DNA of 64,000 nt from Guillardia theta CCMP2712 (Eukaryota; Protista; Cryptophyta): the NCBI RefSeq assembly GCF_000315625.1, contig NW_005434578.1, positions 62,001 through 126,000 on the forward strand, written 5' to 3'. Position 1 is the first letter of the stretch, and each line of letters opens with the position of its first letter. A program made the position numbers and the translations under genes. Below, piece after piece: positions 37,430-48,526 of the stretch. Under the pieces are notes generated by a model. The model ran no database searches. It had not been told where the DNA came from and worked only from the letters and a program-made list of their open reading frames with translations.

Positions 37430-37746
37430 TGGAGAGCAAGAGCAAGAGGGAGAGCAAGAGCAAGAGCAAGAGCAAGAGGGAGAGCAAGAGCCAAGAGCGA
37501 GAGCGAGAGCGAGAGCGAGAGCGAGAGCAAGAGGGAGAGCAAGAGCAAGAGGGAGAGGGAGAGCAAGAGCAAGAGGGAGAGCAAGAGCAAGAGGGAGAGG
37601 GAGAGCGAGAGCAAGAGGGAGAGCAAGAGCGAGAGCGAGAGCGAGAGCGAGAGCGAGAGCAAGAGCGAGAGCAAGAGCGAGAGCAAGAGCGAGAGCAAGA
37701 GCGAGAGCAAGAGCGAGAGGGAGAGCAAGAGCGAGAGGGAGAGCGC
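37430..37746 (+). repeat. Compound hexamer microsatellite (GAGCAA/GAGCGA/GAGGGA)n
   Basis: About 310 bp of tandem GAGNNA units. Confidence 0.95.
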
Positions 37747-38004
37747 TTGCATGCAATGACTCGCAAACATCTAAAGGAGGCCGCACAGCCTGTGATTTAG
37801 CAAGCATGTATAACCATCTATAAACCATACCCGTTATACATGCTGCTAGAGCCTCGGGCTTGCCCGGCTCCCGGCTCCCGGTGCCTTGTAGTCACTCAGT
37901 GCCGGGGGATGAGATCGAGTCCGCCTCGCTATCAATTATTAGGAAAAGATGAGGTCATCTGAATTGTGATACGGAGAAGCAGTCAAGTGGAAAGGCCCGG
38001 GGAC

Positions 38005-39590
38005 ATGGCGCGGCCTTTCGAGGGACGATCAATGGCAGGCAGCGACGAGGAACGAGGGGAGAGGAGGAGACAATGGGAACAGTAGCATGCTGGTGTTGTC
38101 ATGAAGACTGACTGACAGCATCCATAGCTAGATCGCAATCTTCGTCTTCTGACTGCAAAGGGGAGTTCATAGCCTCACAAAGTGGGACCAAAGGAGAGAT
38201 TGAGGAGTTGGAACTCGGCGTGTAGGAGAGGCCACAAAGAGGGGAAGGAGGAACAGCACGATCTACAGGAAGCAGTATCTGTGACATCGATCGGCTCGTA
38301 TCGTTCTTTCCTTCACTGGCTCTTTTCACCATCAATCGTTACTGCGGTGCTGACGTGGGCACTTGAAACCGGCTGACCGCAACAAGAACAGACAGAACAG
38401 TGAGTCTTTCACCTGCATTCCCTGACTGCGTGCTGTTGCTGCATCTCTTCCTCTGACCTCGGGGCAGGAAGGAGATGATTACGAGCCTGTGCGAGTGTCG
38501 CTCCAAGGACTTGGACCCCGAGGTTGTCCTCGCTCTTGACCGCCTTCATGCCTGATGTGCGTCCGCAGCTCCGGTGCATCCTCTGCGGCGAGAACAAGTG
38601 CAGCGGCTGCTCCGCGCTTCTGCAGAAGAGCTACGTCCTCGACAAATCAGAGCAGAGGCAAGCGCGAGGGACCATGAACGGCAAGGGAGAGGAGAACCCT
38701 GGGATCGAGGAGGGGCATCATCAGATAGTGAACGAGATCTCCTACAAGAAAGACTCGTGCTACTACTCTCAGGATTCGGAGATGGCCGGATGGGACAAAG
38801 TAGAGCAAACCAAGGCCTCCAAACCCGCAAAGAACAGGAGGGACCCTCTTCTTCAGGTACAAGCCCAGACCCTCCCAGCTCTGCTCAGCTACCGGTAGCA
38901 GGAGTTTGACTTCTTCTTCCCAGGTTTGGTTCCGGGAGCCTGTGACGCACAGAAGTGCAGACTCGACGCTCCTGGTCCCCAAGGAGTTTACTCTCTACGA
39001 GTTCATGATACAGTGGGGAGATCGTCGGTGGATTGTAAAGAGGAGGTGAGAACAACGCTTCCGTTTCTCGCTACCATGCCTTGACTTGATGCCTTTTAAG
39101 GTTCAGGGAGTTTGTTGCACTAGATGCTGCTCTCGATGCAAGTTTGCCTGAAGAAGTTCAACTCCCACCCTTCCCCGGAAAGAAGGTAACGAGCCGTTGC
39201 GGCGCGTGCTGCTTCTCAATGGCTTTTGAAGGCCTTGGGTCGCATGAGCCCGTCATTGATCCGCACGAGGAGGATGGAGCTAGAAGCTTACTTACGAGTA
39301 CTCTTACACGTTTGTAACGGTCCTTGAGATCACTGAGATATGGTGCTCGAAGGAGGTCTTGTTGAATCGGCACATCAGCGTGAATGTACATGTTCGCAAT
39401 TTCTGTCGACTGGTAGGCGCTTCTTTCGTTCTTGTATAGATGGTAACGAGAATGATAGCCTGAAGGCTGCAACGAAGCAGTCAAGTGGGAGGCTCCATGG
39501 GAAGAATGGAAGGCCACGGATTAAGGTAGATCCAACACTGTATCCAAGGTAACCGATCAAAATGTTAGAGCCGTGCCTCATCATTTGATC
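38005..39590 (+). CDS. PX (Phox homology) domain protein, multi-exon
   Basis: FTLYEFMIQWGDRRWIVKRR-FREFVALDAAL...LPPFPGKK...LIRTRRMELEAYLRVLL. Upstream Cys motif CILCGENKCSGC. Confidence 0.75.
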
Positions 39591-39733
39591 TCACGAAGTG
39601 TTACAGCTTTGGGAATCTCACAGATGGTTCATAAATGATTCTTAAAGGCGGTCTTAAGGAATAGACTGGCCCGTAAGCGTACGAGGCGAACGAACTTGTA
39701 CACACTATTAGATTGAGAATCAATGATGCTCAC

Positions 39734-40372
39734 TTAGGTCTTCTTTTTCTTCTTCTCTTCTGATTCTGTTGCTTCTTCTGTAAATCTATCAAATCCCGAG
39801 AAAACTGAATGAAACATTGCATTACCTGGTTCCTCCGTATCGGGGACTGAGCTGCTTTCAATGCCTACGTCCCCACCTTCGGCTTCATGCGTTTTCGCCT
39901 TGTTTTCCCACACGAGTCGTTCACCCGGAGTTAGTCGCTTCCATGCTGCTCCCAGCTCTCTCATCAGATCTGTCTGCGAGTCGAACTGTCCTGTCTGGCG
40001 CATCCTATCTCCCTCCTCCTTCACAAACAAGTTATAAGCTGACGGCGTCCTTGGTTTACGATCCGCCTTATCCTGCATGAAAATGAGAGGAAGCAAGACT
40101 AGAGAATCGATCAGACATACAAGCTTTCTCTTCTTGTGTGAATGGTCGGCCGCCATTGGCATACTCATCGGCATGGGAACATGGAGCTGAGACACAGGGA
40201 GTCCAGAGACAGGTCCATTTAGAGTGAGCAACATCTTTGCAGAGATGTGAGATGATAGCCAAGAAGGATCCAAGGAGGGTGTTACCTTCCCGAACTCAAT
40301 ATATGCATTGCCAAGATTGTGCAAAGCGGCTTGAAAAGCGTTTGGACCTCCTCCACTGGACATCGCAGGCAC
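39734..40372 (-). CDS. HMG-box protein (probably with short in-frame introns)
   Basis: KPRTPSAYNLFVKEEGDRMR...DLMRELGAAWKRLTPGERLVWENKA; acidic then basic tail. Confidence 0.85.
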   Translation of the reverse strand: MPAMSSGGGPNAFQAALHNLGNAYIEFGKVTPSLDPSWLSSHISAKMLLTLNGPVSGLPVSQLHVPMPMSMPMAADHSHKKRKLVCLIDSLVLLPLIFMQDKADRKPRTPSAYNLFVKEEGDRMRQTGQFDSQTDLMRELGAAWKRLTPGERLVWENKAKTHEAEGGDVGIESSSVPDTEEPGNAMFHSVFSGFDRFTEEATESEEKKKKKT

Positions 40373-41451
40373 ATTGCTCGGCTGTGGTGGAGGGGGGTAT
40401 GGTTGATTTGGATACCCGCCTGAGGGGTAGTCCCCGGGAAATCGAGCAAGAATTTTGAAATAAAAGCTAAAGAAAGATCCCTCCGGACAATGTAAGGCTC
40501 TGTAAAGCCTTCTTCTTTGTCACAAGCAGCTGCTCGCCTGCGAATTGGATTACGTGATGTCAGATTCTGGTCAAGAAAAGATGGAAAGATGGAAAACCAA
40601 TGCAACAAATAGAATGTGATGTTCGAGAGAAAGATATATTTGAGCAAAATTTCACGTTGACAAACATCCAAAGTACGTGATCATGTCGACGCAACAGATC
40701 TAAACTAATACGACGCCTTGAGCTTTCTGAATCCGCGTTCATCGTTCAAAACGGATAAAGCATTAGATGCATATGGCACGGAACATAAGAATGTAGCGCA
40801 ATCAATGATGTGCATCGTACTCTACATCTTGTGTCGAAACAAGACAATGTTGCTGGATGTGGCCAAACACATATCGATGCGACGGGGGAGACACAAACAC
40901 AATTCAAAATGAACAAACGTGAATCAGACAGCAAACATGAAGATCACTGAGCTGAGTTCCGTCAATCTCTCAATTTCGAGGCATAATGGAAGAAGAGGGA
41001 GGGAGGTAGAAGGACGCAAGATGGGCCTCGAGCCATCGGGTGCGAGCGTTAGTTTGCGAAGGGCTTCATGGTTTGAAAGGAGGAGCGGACGAAGATAACA
41101 AAAACTATTGAATAGGAGAGGGGGTAGGAAGCAGAGGGGGGGTGGTAGGAAAGAAGGGTAGGAGACAAATAGGGCAGTGGTAAGAGAAAGGGTACTGGGG
41201 GTGGTAGGACGGTGGTAGTAGGGAGCAACGAGGGAATAAATAGGAGGGTAGGTGGGACAGGATGGGGAAGGATAGGAGAACGCAATTAGTGGGTATGGGG
41301 TAGCGATCTACAAAAGGTGGGGTCATCAATGGAGTCAAGGTAGGGTAGGGTAGTCCAATTAGGGTAGCAGTTTTATTTGGTACCTAGCTGTATCAGATCC
41401 CAATACAAATATAAATATATTCGGTACCAAGCTTTTTAAAACCTTTCAAAG

Positions 41452-41483
41452 GCCAAACACGGGTGGCTCCACCCGTGTTTGGC
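41452..41483. repeat. Perfect 15-bp inverted repeat (hairpin)
   Basis: GCCAAACACGGGTGG-CT-CCACCCGTGTTTGGC. Confidence 0.95.
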
Positions 41484-41667
41484 TCACAACTCCACGACTG
41501 TTTGGGGTATTCGGGTAGGGGTACTTTTATTAGTAAAATATCTTATAAAAGGGTCTTGTAGTTGGGGGTCGTTGCTTGGTTCGACGTAGCAATCTTTAAT
41601 TGCAAACCGTTACTTATATTGTAGTAACTCTATAATCATCGTTCTGGTACTGTTTAAAACTATCACA

Positions 41668-42720
41668 GGCTGAGTCAGCCGGGCCCGCCGGCTCCCGCGG
41701 CGCCGAGTCGCGGCTCACGGTCAGTCCAGTGGCCGGGCCTCTCACTGTACGGTCACGCGGGACGGTCCGACGGTCACGGTCGGACGGTCAAACAAACTAC
41801 AGTGGGCCGGCCATCGAGTCGGCGCCCGACCGTGACTCGCCGGGCACTGCTCCGGGGGCCGCCCCCGGCCGCGTCGGATGGCAGTCTTTCCGAGTTCTCT
41901 ACTACTCACCGTCGGAGGACACTGACAACTGTTTGATCCGACTCGATCCGATCGGATCACTGCGCGGCCAAGCCCGCCGTTCGCTGAGGCGAGCCAGGCT
42001 CGGAGTCGGAGGCTTGACATTCTGGAGTCCGGCCCGGGCGCACCGACAGTGTGCCAGGTGACTCGCCTCCGTCACTGGACTCCAATTCAATCCGATCTGG
42101 CACCGTGGCCCCGCGGGCCCCGAAGTTTGCCAGACTCACAGAGTCACGGTCAGCACTGTGACCGTCGGACGGCGCCGGGCACGGCCCGGGCTGTGACTTC
42201 ACGGACAGTGACGGTGGGGCCGGCACCGTTCAACGCCGGTCAGGTTCACGACTCAGGCTGTCGACCGTCACGGTCAACCTACACGGTCACGTCGACCGTA
42301 CGGTACCGTACCGGCAGTACCGGCGGGCCGGGCCCGGCCGCCCCGGCGGGCCGCGGGACGGTACGGTCAGTGACGGCAACCACCGGCAGTGCCACCGTGG
42401 CACTGGCGGGGGGGCCCGGCCGGACCGTCCCGGGTGACGCCGGGCCGGAGTCACCGCCCCCCCCCCCCGGGCCCCGGCCTCTGAGACGGACGGTCATCGG
42501 ATGATCAGCGGGCGCCGGTCGGTACTATAGGCGGCACGGCACGCCGGGCACGGGCCGGTATGCGGCGGAAGTTGGCTGAGCCCGGCCCGGACCAGTGGGA
42601 CTCCGGAAGTCCGCCCCTCAGGTAGTACCGCCGGTCGTACCGGGCCTTGTCTCAGTACTGAAGTTACTGATTTTTAACTTAACTTTGAGTAAAGAAGTTA
42701 CTGTCGGTTTTCAAACTTTT
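41668..42720. other. GC-rich palindrome-dense island with right-hand AACTT/AAGTT cluster
   Basis: Numerous short palindromes and ACGGTC micro-duplications; lies between divergent genes. Confidence 0.8.
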
Positions 42721-42917
42721 CGGCACCCACCGTGGCAACGTCACTATCATCCTACCTGGCACCCCTCCCCTCCCCACCCCCACCCCCCATCCGCCCCCCC
42801 TTCCCACCCAAGTCATCATATTCAACCCGGGGTCAACTGGTACCCCTAGCTCAAATAGGATCCCCCCTACCAGTACCCTACCCAAGGTCCGACCATTAGC
42901 GGACTGCGAGGACAGCC

Positions 42918-44635
42918 ATGCGGGGGGCGCGGGACTTACACAGGGCACCATCGAGGGAGGATCTTTATTCGAGCCAGAGGAGCATCGACTCTGTTGCTTC
43001 CAGATCCCTTCTGACTGGAAATGGAACGGGCATGAGTGGTGTGGGTATATTTTTCCAGCAAGAGGGCGATGGCAAGGTCTACGTGAGAACCATTGTCAGC
43101 GGAGGTTCTGCAGAGAGAGATGGTGAGTTGGATGGTTGTAGTTCATATCAAAATCGACTTCTCATAGTATACATGTTGTCATGATGAACTACCTCCATGT
43201 ACATTTCTGCTCCTAAGTCTGGTTTCAAACAGGAAGAGTTCGGGTTGGCGACGTAATGTGCGGGGTTGACGGTAGAGATGTCATAGGCGAACCAGTCAGC
43301 GTCCTTAGAAGCCTGTTGCTTGGACATGAAGGAAGCACGGTTTAGTTGCCAAGTTTATGAAATCTCATCTCAAGTATGGTCTCTCTGCAGGTTGTACTTA
43401 CTTTTGCAAGGGCCGTTGAAGCTGGTATGGACGCCGAAACTTCTGACATGAACTCTGGAAACACGGTATGTGAGCAGTCTAAGATCTCGATCACAAACAC
43501 TTTGGTGACTGATAGGCACTTATGCGATTCATCAGGTCATTGCAAAGTTTGACGTGGAGCTTGTGCGGGGCAGTCCAGAATATTTCAACAAAATGGACTC
43601 AGCACGAAAGTAAGATCTTGCTGTTTGAGACGATTCTCTTGGAATGATGCAACGCAGATATGAAATTGAAATGCAAGACCTGAGACATCAACTCAAGCAG
43701 ACGTTGAGTGAGGAGAAAGAAATCTCTGAGGAGGTCGAACGGGTCAGACGTGTGCTTCAACTTGAGAGGGGGGCGTCTGCCAGGCGAGAAAAAGAATTAG
43801 AAGAAATCAGATCTTCCCATGCTCGAGAAGTAGCGTCTTTGTCAGAATCTTTGCGAAGAGCTGAACAATCTCGGCGCGAAGCAAGCGGGCGGCTTGCTCC
43901 TGTGAAATCAAGGGAGCAGGAGCTTTCAGAAGAGCTTGCTCGAATGAAAGAGAAAGACCGGTGCTCATTCTGCGATTCTGCCTGAAATATTTCTCTGAAG
44001 TTCATTGCACCTCAGATTGCGCAAAGAGTACGTAGAAGAACTTCGAAAGAGACATGAGGAAGAGACTTCAAGGTTGGAGGCACAACTTGCCAAAGAACAG
44101 CGAGCCAGGAGAGAAGAGCAGGTGGTTTTGAATTTAACTAAGCAAGGGCGGCTTATGAATTCAACACAGGCTGCCAGAATCGAGGTGGAGCGTGAGCTGG
44201 AAAAGTCCAGAAAGGAGCTAAAGAAGGAGCTAGATATTCAAAGATCAACTGTTGACCAAGACAAATCGTACCGCGAGCAAGTCGAATCGTGAGTCATGTC
44301 TCATTGCTATCATTGCAAACTGAAGAATCATAGATCGAAAAAGAAACTGCGAGACGTGGTTGAGACTATGGAATCTCTGTATGCCATGATGAAAGACTTG
44401 GACGACTGGAACAATCACGTTCAGGACGGACAACTGCATACGAAGCTGGTGAGTAATCGTCACACGATGAGCAATGATTCCAGGTATCGAATTTTTTTCC
44501 AATGGTTTGTGGTTGACGTTTAGCTAAGATGGTGAAGGAAAACTTTGGCCTCTAGTTTTTTGAAATTCCAATGGAACAAACGAGAATGGAGAACAAAGAT
44601 CAAGTATAGAAAGATGAGAGACACATTCTATTGAG
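42918..44635 (+). CDS. PDZ domain + coiled-coil protein, multi-exon
   Basis: SGVGIFFQQEGDGKVYVRTIVSGGSAERDG-RVRVGDVMCGVDG...LRSLLLGHEGSTV; E/R/K-rich heptads. Confidence 0.8.
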
Positions 44636-44685
44636 TATAGCGTACTAAATTCTTGCTTTGATAGCAAGCTCTTCTCGCTGCTGCA

Positions 44686-45984
44686 TCATGTCCTGTATAT
44701 CACAACGTTTCTTCCTTTGAACTCTAGACAATGCCGTCGTAGATCGGGATGCTTAGACTGCAGATACGAAACGAAATCTTCATAAGTCACTACCAAGTCT
44801 TGATCGTTCTGCTGGTTTGTTCTGAAAACTGATTGCTTTGGAAAGACACAGCATGGAATGACTGCAAAAGGCTTGTTCATGGCAATAGCAAAGTCGACAA
44901 TCGGTTCTGTAGCTTGATCTGGATGCATTCCAACAACGCAAGAGCATTTGCTTAGAAGGGGCTCAAAACTTGCATCATTCCACATAGAGCTGTCGAAATT
45001 ATGAAGGATGTGCTTGACTCCTCTATCCCTTCCTTTTCTACAGTCCCGTGGGTCAATGACAGTCGAGCTTATGTTGGCTTCCGCCAACCTCTGCGAAATT
45101 TCTCCCTTGCCACCTGCTACGTCGAGGACTCCAGAACCAGCGGTCAGCACTTCCTTGCCGAAAGTTTCGATCAACCAACGGCAGAAAACCTCAGCTCTTA
45201 GCCTCTTGGGAACTTTCTCTGTCGCAGCCAAGTGATCTCCAACCCTTTCAGCCACCCCCATGGCCTTCTGTAGCTTCTGCGCTGCACGTTCCTCCTGCCA
45301 TGCCTTCTTCGCCAAGACTCGCTCCTCCCCCATCACATGCTTGAGCGTGCAGTTTCTAAGTGGGCAGCTCGCACTGTTGACCCAGAACTTGCAGATCTCG
45401 CCCCTAGGCAGCCGATTGAGTGCAGTCAAACTTACTATCGCTCCCTCCGCAGGTGGGGGCTTAGTGAACTCGATCTCTGTACCTGTACACGAGTCTGCAC
45501 TTGCCTTCTCGATCGTCTGCACTCTATACACTTCCTTCGTCCTTTCTCCCTTGGTGGCATCGAGACTATCGCAGAAGTAGACTACCTCCACCTCGTCGCA
45601 CAACTGAACCTGTTTGCCATGCACCACAACCGAAGCAGCAGTTAGGACGCCCGAGGAATGCTCCCCGCCTCTCCTCAACACAAAAGGCACAACGCTCCCA
45701 GAATCTTCGGCGTTTTTTATGTCAAAGAAGAACATCCTCGTGCTGTACCATCTTGTCCTTGTCACTCGCCCCCGGATCCTCTCAAGCTTCCTGTTGAATG
45801 CATACTCCTCCTTACCATTCCTCACTTGTTCACCATCACCAACGCTCTGCAAGTTTTCCTCCTTTTCTTCCTCCTTGTTGCTCCTTCCATACATATCTTC
45901 CTGCTTCCTGCTTCCTTCAACCTCCTCCTCCTGTCCATTCCCTTGACCGAGTCCATGGTGGCTCCATGTGTTCGGTTCGCACAT
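44686..45984 (-). CDS. SAM-dependent methyltransferase-like protein with CCCH zinc finger and OB-fold-like N-terminus
   Basis: VLDVAGGKGE, GMHPDQATEPIVDFA, KPFAVIPCCVFP; CKFWVNSASCPLRNCTLKH. Confidence 0.8.
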   Translation of the reverse strand: MCEPNTWSHHGLGQGNGQEEEVEGSRKQEDMYGRSNKEEEKEENLQSVGDGEQVRNGKEEYAFNRKLERIRGRVTRTRWYSTRMFFFDIKNAEDSGSVVPFVLRRGGEHSSGVLTAASVVVHGKQVQLCDEVEVVYFCDSLDATKGERTKEVYRVQTIEKASADSCTGTEIEFTKPPPAEGAIVSLTALNRLPRGEICKFWVNSASCPLRNCTLKHVMGEERVLAKKAWQEERAAQKLQKAMGVAERVGDHLAATEKVPKRLRAEVFCRWLIETFGKEVLTAGSGVLDVAGGKGEISQRLAEANISSTVIDPRDCRKGRDRGVKHILHNFDSSMWNDASFEPLLSKCSCVVGMHPDQATEPIVDFAIAMNKPFAVIPCCVFPKQSVFRTNQQNDQDLVVTYEDFVSYLQSKHPDLRRHCLEFKGRNVVIYRT

Positions 45985-46081
45985 GCGAGCACCTTGTCTG
46001 AGGGAAACTTTCGGGGTCACAATTTTATTACGAAGTTCAAAGTTTCAAAGTTTGGGCGAAGAGGCGCTGAATTTCACCAGC

Positions 46082-46673
46082 ATGACTACCAACAAGGTAA
46101 CTGAGGAGAGGGGAAGAGGAGGGGAAGAGGAGAAGGAGGGTGAGGGAAGCAGGAAGGAGATAGGGCACGGGGCAAGAAGGGTCAGGGACAAGATGCTCTT
46201 ACAGCAACTTGTTAGCAAACTGTGTTCAAGCCCGTGACTTCTTCCTGTTCGTCGCAGGGGTTTGTGGCCTTGGCTGCCATTTGTTTTACTTTCATGGCCG
46301 CGATCGCATTGGTCTCCTTTGGAACAGTTGAGAATGACAGCCAGCGCAGAACCTTTCTCCTGAGCGCGAAAAACATGGCGTCTAGGAAAGTCACGATCCT
46401 CAAGATAGCGAAGCAGCTTCACGCGAAGAATGTCCCATTGAAAGTTTCGCTAAAAGCTGCGTCGGCACTGGCTACTTTGACCTCGCTGTGCGATGGAGGA
46501 GCAGGCGCTAACCAAGATGCCATGGACAAGTACAGGAGAAAGGTCGACAAGAAGTATGGTCGAGATATACCTGTTCGACTGTGAGTGACTCGATGCTCAG
46601 CTGGTGGTCCGCCATCCGGGCGTTCACTACTGAGGAGGAAGTGAAGAAGATGGTGATGGCAGACACGAGGTGA
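46082..46673 (+). CDS. Small hypothetical protein with one TM/signal-anchor helix (probably 3 exons)
   Basis: MTTNK|intron; GFVALAAICFTFMAAIALVSFG; a 47-nt intron at 46554-46600 gives an in-frame last exon. Confidence 0.55.
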
Positions 46674-47328
46674 GGGTTGAGATGTATCACTGTATGCTCT
46701 TGGTGAGGGTTGAGATGTATCACTGTATGCTCTTGTTGAGGGTTGAGATGTATCACTGTATGCTCTTGTTGAGGGTTGAGATATATCACTGTATGCTCTT
46801 GTTGAGGGTTGAGATGTATCACTGTATGCTCTTGTTGCTCTTCCCACCTCGGAGAAGTCTGAGTTTGCTCCAAAGGCATGCCCATCTGTTGATCTTTGTT
46901 GCTCCGGGCTGGTGTCAGTGGTCGCAGAAACAGGTCTGTGTGCAGCAGAGGAGATTGGCGCTGTATCACTGACCCCTGTGTTCGAAGATTGCCGAACTTC
47001 AAAAGAACTTCGATGATCTCGGTGAACAGCTGCGTCGTCACTGAGACGTGGAGCTTTGCTCGTGCTTACAGTGGTTGTAGGGGAAGCACAGGATCGCGTG
47101 CACCTCATAGATGTGGATGATCCTGCAAACAAGGAGCTTGTCCAGTTCGAGCAAGTGAGATCGTTCCCTACCATCATGGTTGTACAGGTCAGTGATGATA
47201 GTGAAGAGGAGGGTTGCTTCGCAACTTGACACGATCCAACAGGGTAACAACATTATCGGACGTGTGAATGGATATAAAGATTTTGAACATGTGAGGACGT
47301 CTTCTATGACTTTTGATATCAACAACAT
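46508..47328 (-). CDS. Hypothetical multi-exon protein, possibly including the minisatellite as 11-aa repeats
   Basis: Exon-like ORFs with splice signals; two frames stay open through the 33-bp repeat. Confidence 0.35.
46671..46835 (+). repeat. 33-bp minisatellite, 5 copies
   Basis: Unit TGAGGGTTGAGATGTATCACTGTATGCTCTTG(G/T), head-to-tail, no spacers. Confidence 0.95.
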
Positions 47329-47759
47329 GGGCCGACTGTTGTTTGTTGTAGGTACATGACATGGTGTTTGCGGACAGCCAGGTGATAGTTTGATATCTTC
47401 ACGCCTCCAGTGTGTCTTGCTTCAATGCCAACTAGAACCATGAGGGAAGGGTGGAGACTAAGGGAGGGGGAGGGTACGTGGGGGGGGGATGGGGGGGAGG
47501 GCGGCCCCGCAACTCAAATGCACTGAGGCGGGGTACTGTATGTTCGGGTGACAGGGTAGGGATCATGTGGTGTGGAGGCTCATGATAATGTTTCGATTTT
47601 GCAAACTTTTATCCTCCATCGTTGGTGACACATGTGTTTCTAGGGAGTTCCGTTTGAAAGTACATTCCCCGATCATTAAACTTAGTAAACCTGAAACTCA
47701 GTTGAGACCGAACCGTCCTTCTCTGTTTAGTTGTGGTAGTTACCGACGGTAACTTCTCA

Positions 47760-48020
47760 GAAGACTGATCAGTCAATGGCACTGGGCGGTCCCGGATCGG
47801 ACTCGATTGAGTCGGACGGTACCGTCACGTGACGGCTGGCCCGACTCGCCGTGATCGGGGTGACAGCCGTGATCCGTCGGACTGTCCGATCGGACCGTAC
47901 TACGGTACTCCCGGCCCGGCGGCCACCGTGGCACCGTCACGGGAGCGGCTGAGCGGCCGGCGGCCCGGTACGGTACGGTAAACCGTGCTGAACTCCGAAC
48001 CGGGCTAGTAGCCGCTTTGG
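47760..48020. other. GC-rich palindrome-dense island between divergent genes
   Basis: GACGGTACCGTC, CCGTCACGTGACGG, CCGATCGG, CGGTACGGTACGG. Confidence 0.75.
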
Positions 48021-48478
48021 CCAGTCAAAAGCTGCAGGCTGGTCAAAAGTTCGATGCGACCTACGGGGCTATTGATCCCTCAACAAAGAGAGCAGCCCCG
48101 CTCCTACCCCACCCCTCGCTCCAACTACATGAAGGACCATCCTGTGCTGTGTACCACCCCCTTCATGATATGAGACTACCCACCCTAGGCTAATGCATCA
48201 AATTCAGGTAGTTCCGAGGCCCAAGTCGCCAATGTGCCCTGCCCTCCCGGAGTCCCTACCCACCCTCAACCCCATTTTGCCACCACCCCACGTACTTAAA
48301 TCAGATAGCACCTTGCAAGGTGCGTTGACAACCAAGTATCCGTACTATGTGAAAATTACCTTTACCTCAATTAGATTATCTTGTACCTATACCTCATTCT
48401 TTGTTTCAAGCACGAAGTACCACCTTACCTGTGAAAACACCGTTACCCGACCCTACCGCCTACACCTCATTTTCCCCC

Positions 48479-48486
48479 TATAAAAG
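48479..48486 (+). promoter_or_regulatory. Candidate TATA box
   Basis: TATAAAAG 48 bp upstream of the oxidoreductase ATG. Confidence 0.5.
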
Positions 48487-48526
48487 AAGGGACCGAAACT
48501 TCTCTGCCGTACTGCTCTGTGCTGTC

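Noticed and set aside
37315-37828. ORFs encoding RS/LA/EQ dipeptide repeats
   Set aside because: Translation artefacts of the hexamer microsatellite, open in several frames.
17921-40372. Mating-type locus suggested by two HMG-box genes
   Set aside because: The boxes look HMGB-like (SAY/SSY-LF) rather than MATA-type, and no other supporting features are visible.
41452-41500. Helitron 3' terminus or bacterial terminator
   Set aside because: No CTRR at the expected distance on either strand, no clear U-tract, and no helicase/Rep remnant.
46671-46835. CRISPR-like 33-bp repeats
   Set aside because: Head-to-tail with no spacers, eukaryotic context, no cas genes.
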